From positions 47,306,001 through 47,370,000 of the forward strand of contig OX597825.1 of assembly GCA_951406725.2 (NCBI GenBank): a stretch of 64,000 nucleotides of DNA, given 5' to 3'. Below, one piece after another: positions 59,793-64,000 of this stretch. Each line of letters starts with the position of its first letter. Positions within the stretch are counted from its first letter, which is position 1. The translations under genes were made by a program, and so were the position numbers. A model generated the notes under the pieces. The model was not told where the DNA came from. It worked only from the letters and a program-made list of their open reading frames with translations, and made no database searches. Origin of the DNA: Octopus vulgaris. Its lineage: Eukaryota.

Positions 59793-60436
59793 TATATGTA
59801 TGAGTATGTATGTGTGTGTATATATGTGTGTATGTGTATATATGTGTATATAGGGACTAGTGTGCTGTGTGTGCATGTGTGTGTGTGGATTTGTGTGTGT
59901 ATGCGTGTATGTGAGTATGTGTGTGTATGTGTATATATATTTTTCTGTGTGTATATGTATGTGTAAGTGTATATATATGTATATATATATGTGTGTGTAT
60001 GTATGTGTGTATGTATATGTATATATGTTTGTATGCGTGTGTATATATGTATACATATGTGCATAGGTATAAGTGAGAATCTCCTTATTTACCTAAAACT
60101 CTATTCCCCCTTTTTTTATATATATATATATTTTTATTTTTTTAATTTTTTATTTATTCTTCTATCTAATTTAACACTGACTCCTTGACCACTCCCCCAA
60201 GTATGATATTTTGCGCTATGCCTACCCCCAAAAAGTCCCCCACCAACACCCCTTTAAACCTGCCTAAATGTATAAATGCCAATACAATTCTTGTTAACTA
60301 GCTTCCTGAAGATTTCTCTTGAATGAAACAGTTCTAGTCCTGTAGAAGCTCCTTCTATATAATAAATTAATTTTACTCTGCTATGTATTGAGTACCTTAT
60401 TTACTGTGGTTAACCCCGAATCAACCCGGGACCTAC
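56961..60436 (+). mobile_element. Non-coding PLE-derived 3.4-kb palindrome with terminal HHRs and 3' tail
   Basis: 56961-58698 is the reverse complement of 58721-60362, with a 22-nt loop. Tail 60363-60436. (TA)n flanks. Confidence 0.9.
60300..60350 (+). ncRNA. Type I hammerhead ribozyme (mirror copy 56973-57023 on -)
   Basis: AGCTTC-CTGAAGA-tTTC tctt GAAt-GAAA-CAG ttctagtc CTG-TA-GAAGCT. Predicted cleavage after 60344. Confidence 0.8.
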
Positions 60437-60504
60437 ATATATATATATATATATATATGTATATATCAATAATAATAATAATATGACAGAGGTATTAATA
60501 ATAA

Positions 60505-61907
<1,403 letters not shown>

Positions 61908-62670
61908 CTAGCAGAATTGCCCGGCGTTGCTCGGGGCTGAATTACTTGAAAGTACTGTTAATGATTGCACTGAATGATGATGATTATTCAGGCAAATATT
62001 GATATAAGTTTACGCTGGGAGATAAGGACTTAACGATCAAACGTGTGCCATTGCATTGTTTTGGGGGAACCAAATTTCTGATGAGCATTATAGGGGCACC
62101 AACTTTAAGTTTGAGAATGTGTGGTGGTAGTCCGGGGGGCTCAAAGGAATTGAGTACCTCTATTGGATAGTTGATGACGTCCTCTGGGTCAGGAGTTGTA
62201 TCGATAGACTGATATACATAGACTTCCCCAGGAATGAGATTTAGCATTTCATCATTAATATGGTGAACAGTTTTATTCCTCGGGGCCAGTATAGCCTTTT
62301 TGCCAATCCAATCCATATTCTGATAATTAGCTTGTAGATCTTGGAACACTGCATCAGAAGGCGTCTTAACAATGGTACAAATGGAATCGATGGCAATATT
62401 ACCATTTTCATCCCCTGGTATTTTGCCTTCGCCAAGTGCAATGAGGGTGTGAGGAAATGCTGCTGATGTGATATTACGTCGCATATGAGCACGCATATTG
62501 GTGTGAAGTTTGAGAGTTACTTCCCTTAATTTTAAAAAATGCATTAAAATGGGAAAAAATGATGGTAAATTATTTGTAAAATCGGTTTTGGTTAAACTGC
62601 ATCGCAAAATGTGGGAGTAGTTAGGAATCTAAATCGGAGTAGACAGACACACAACCTTTCTTTTATATAT
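61908..62670 (-). mobile_element. Internally deleted Helitron with PIF1 helicase fragment
   Basis: AILAPRN and GLPPHILKLKVGAPIMLIRNL..CNGTRL. Minus-strand 3' end is the hairpin CCCGagcaacgcCGGG followed by CTAG|T. Confidence 0.9.
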
Positions 62671-62689
62671 ATATGCCATATATATATAT

Positions 62690-64000
62690 GGCAGGGACTG
62701 TCTAACACAGCTCTTACACCACATTGAAGATGTACTCAAAGCCTTGGGAACAGGTTCGAACTCTGATGTCATATATCTTGACTTCAGTAAAGCGTTCGAC
62801 AGGGTAGACCATAATATCCTACTCTCAAAATTGGCAAATGTTGGAATCCGTGGAAAAGTTCTACACTGGATCAAGTATTTCCTGGCGAATAGAACACAAC
62901 ATGTTGTAGTTGATGGAGTCCACTCAAGCCCAGCCAAAGTCACCAGCGGTGTCCCCAGGGGACTGTCTTGGGTCCGCTACTCTTCATAATCTACATAAAC
63001 GACCTTTCCAGTGTCGTACATTACTGCAAAGTGAAAATATTTGCTGATGACACTAAGCTCCAGCAAATCGTCAATGAAGAAGCAGACCGAACTCAACTCC
63101 AGTCTGATCTATATGCTGTGAGTCAATGGGCAGACAGAAACAAAATGCAACTGAACGAGGGAAAATTTGAGCTGATGCATTTTGGAAGAAACTCCTCACT
63201 AAAACAGCCATACTCTCTTCCTTCAGGGGAACCGCTCACAGCCTCTAACAATATCAGAGACCTGGGTGTAATTGTTGATGACGATCTCAGTTGGAGTGCA
63301 CACATCAACAAGAAGGTCGATATAGCTCGTAGGATGAGTTCTTGGATCTTAAGAACTTTCCGGTCCAGAGAACAAGGTGTCATCATACCACTTTTTTCCT
63401 CCTTTGTACGGCCACACCTTGAATACTGCTGCTCACTGTGGTCTCCTCACACAAGACAAAACATCTCCAGAATTGAGTCACCCCAGAGGGCACTCACTAA
63501 ACGCATTGAAGGCATGGCTGCTCTCGATTATTGGGATCGCCTTAAAGCCTTGAAACTTTACTCCCTCCAGCGTCGCCGTGAGCGGTACATCATTTGTACG
63601 ATGTGGAAAATATACCGCCAACTTTGCCCAAACGACCTAAACATTAGCTTCAAGGTTCATCCAAGACTTGGACCACGGGCTATACGTCCCCTGCCCAATT
63701 CAAGATCACAACATACATGTACACTGCAACATAATTTCTTTTCCTCAACAGGCCCTGCCCTATTTAACATTGTCCCGAGAGAGATCAAAGAGGAAAAGGA
63801 TCCCATCAACTTTAAACAGAGTCTGGATAGATTCCTTCAAAGAATACCAGATAAGCCACCCATAATTGGATACAACTCACCCAACAAGAACTCACTACTT
63901 GAACAAAACTGGATACAACTCACCCAACAAGAACTCACTACTTGAACAAAACTAGACTTAAACAAAACTTGACTTAAACAGGATTCGAATAATCCTATCA
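62690..64000 (+). mobile_element. 5'-truncated CR1-group LINE RT with one frameshift
   Basis: DVIYLDFSKAFDRVDH, SGVP/GPLLFIIYINDL, FADDTK and VRPHLEYC. Short tandem duplications at the 3' end. Confidence 0.9.

Noticed and set aside
57135-60188. Many long ORFs rich in Y/I/H/T/V/C/M, here and across the window
   Set aside because: They are translations of (TA)n, (CA)n and (TACA)n microsatellites; the mirrored ORFs arise from the palindrome.
61984-62607. Host PIF1 helicase gene
   Set aside because: It is a fragment with internal deletions, bounded by Helitron termini.

Overview
Eukaryotic, AT-rich, microsatellite-dense DNA. The SINE families, Penelope load and repeat style point to a coleoid cephalopod, probably Octopus; this is an inference. 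One host gene is supported: a KLHL10-like BTB-BACK-Kelch gene on +, with five phase-consistent exons at 22304-44865. I could not find its last exon in the window. The rest is transposon debris: Penelope-like elements (PLEs), Tx1, R4/Dong, RTE and CR1-group LINEs, a complete decayed Buster-type hAT with TSD, a mariner half, Helitron pieces and several SINE families. The most notable signal is RNA structure. There are about a dozen hammerhead ribozyme (HHR) motifs at PLE termini, including long-helix-II forms and a recurrent non-canonical CUGUNGAA core, plus six copies of a 'half-hammerhead' motif. Several ORF-less foldback elements, up to a 3.4-kb hairpin with a 22-nt loop, are capped by HHRs and cluster downstream of the last visible KLHL10-like exon.
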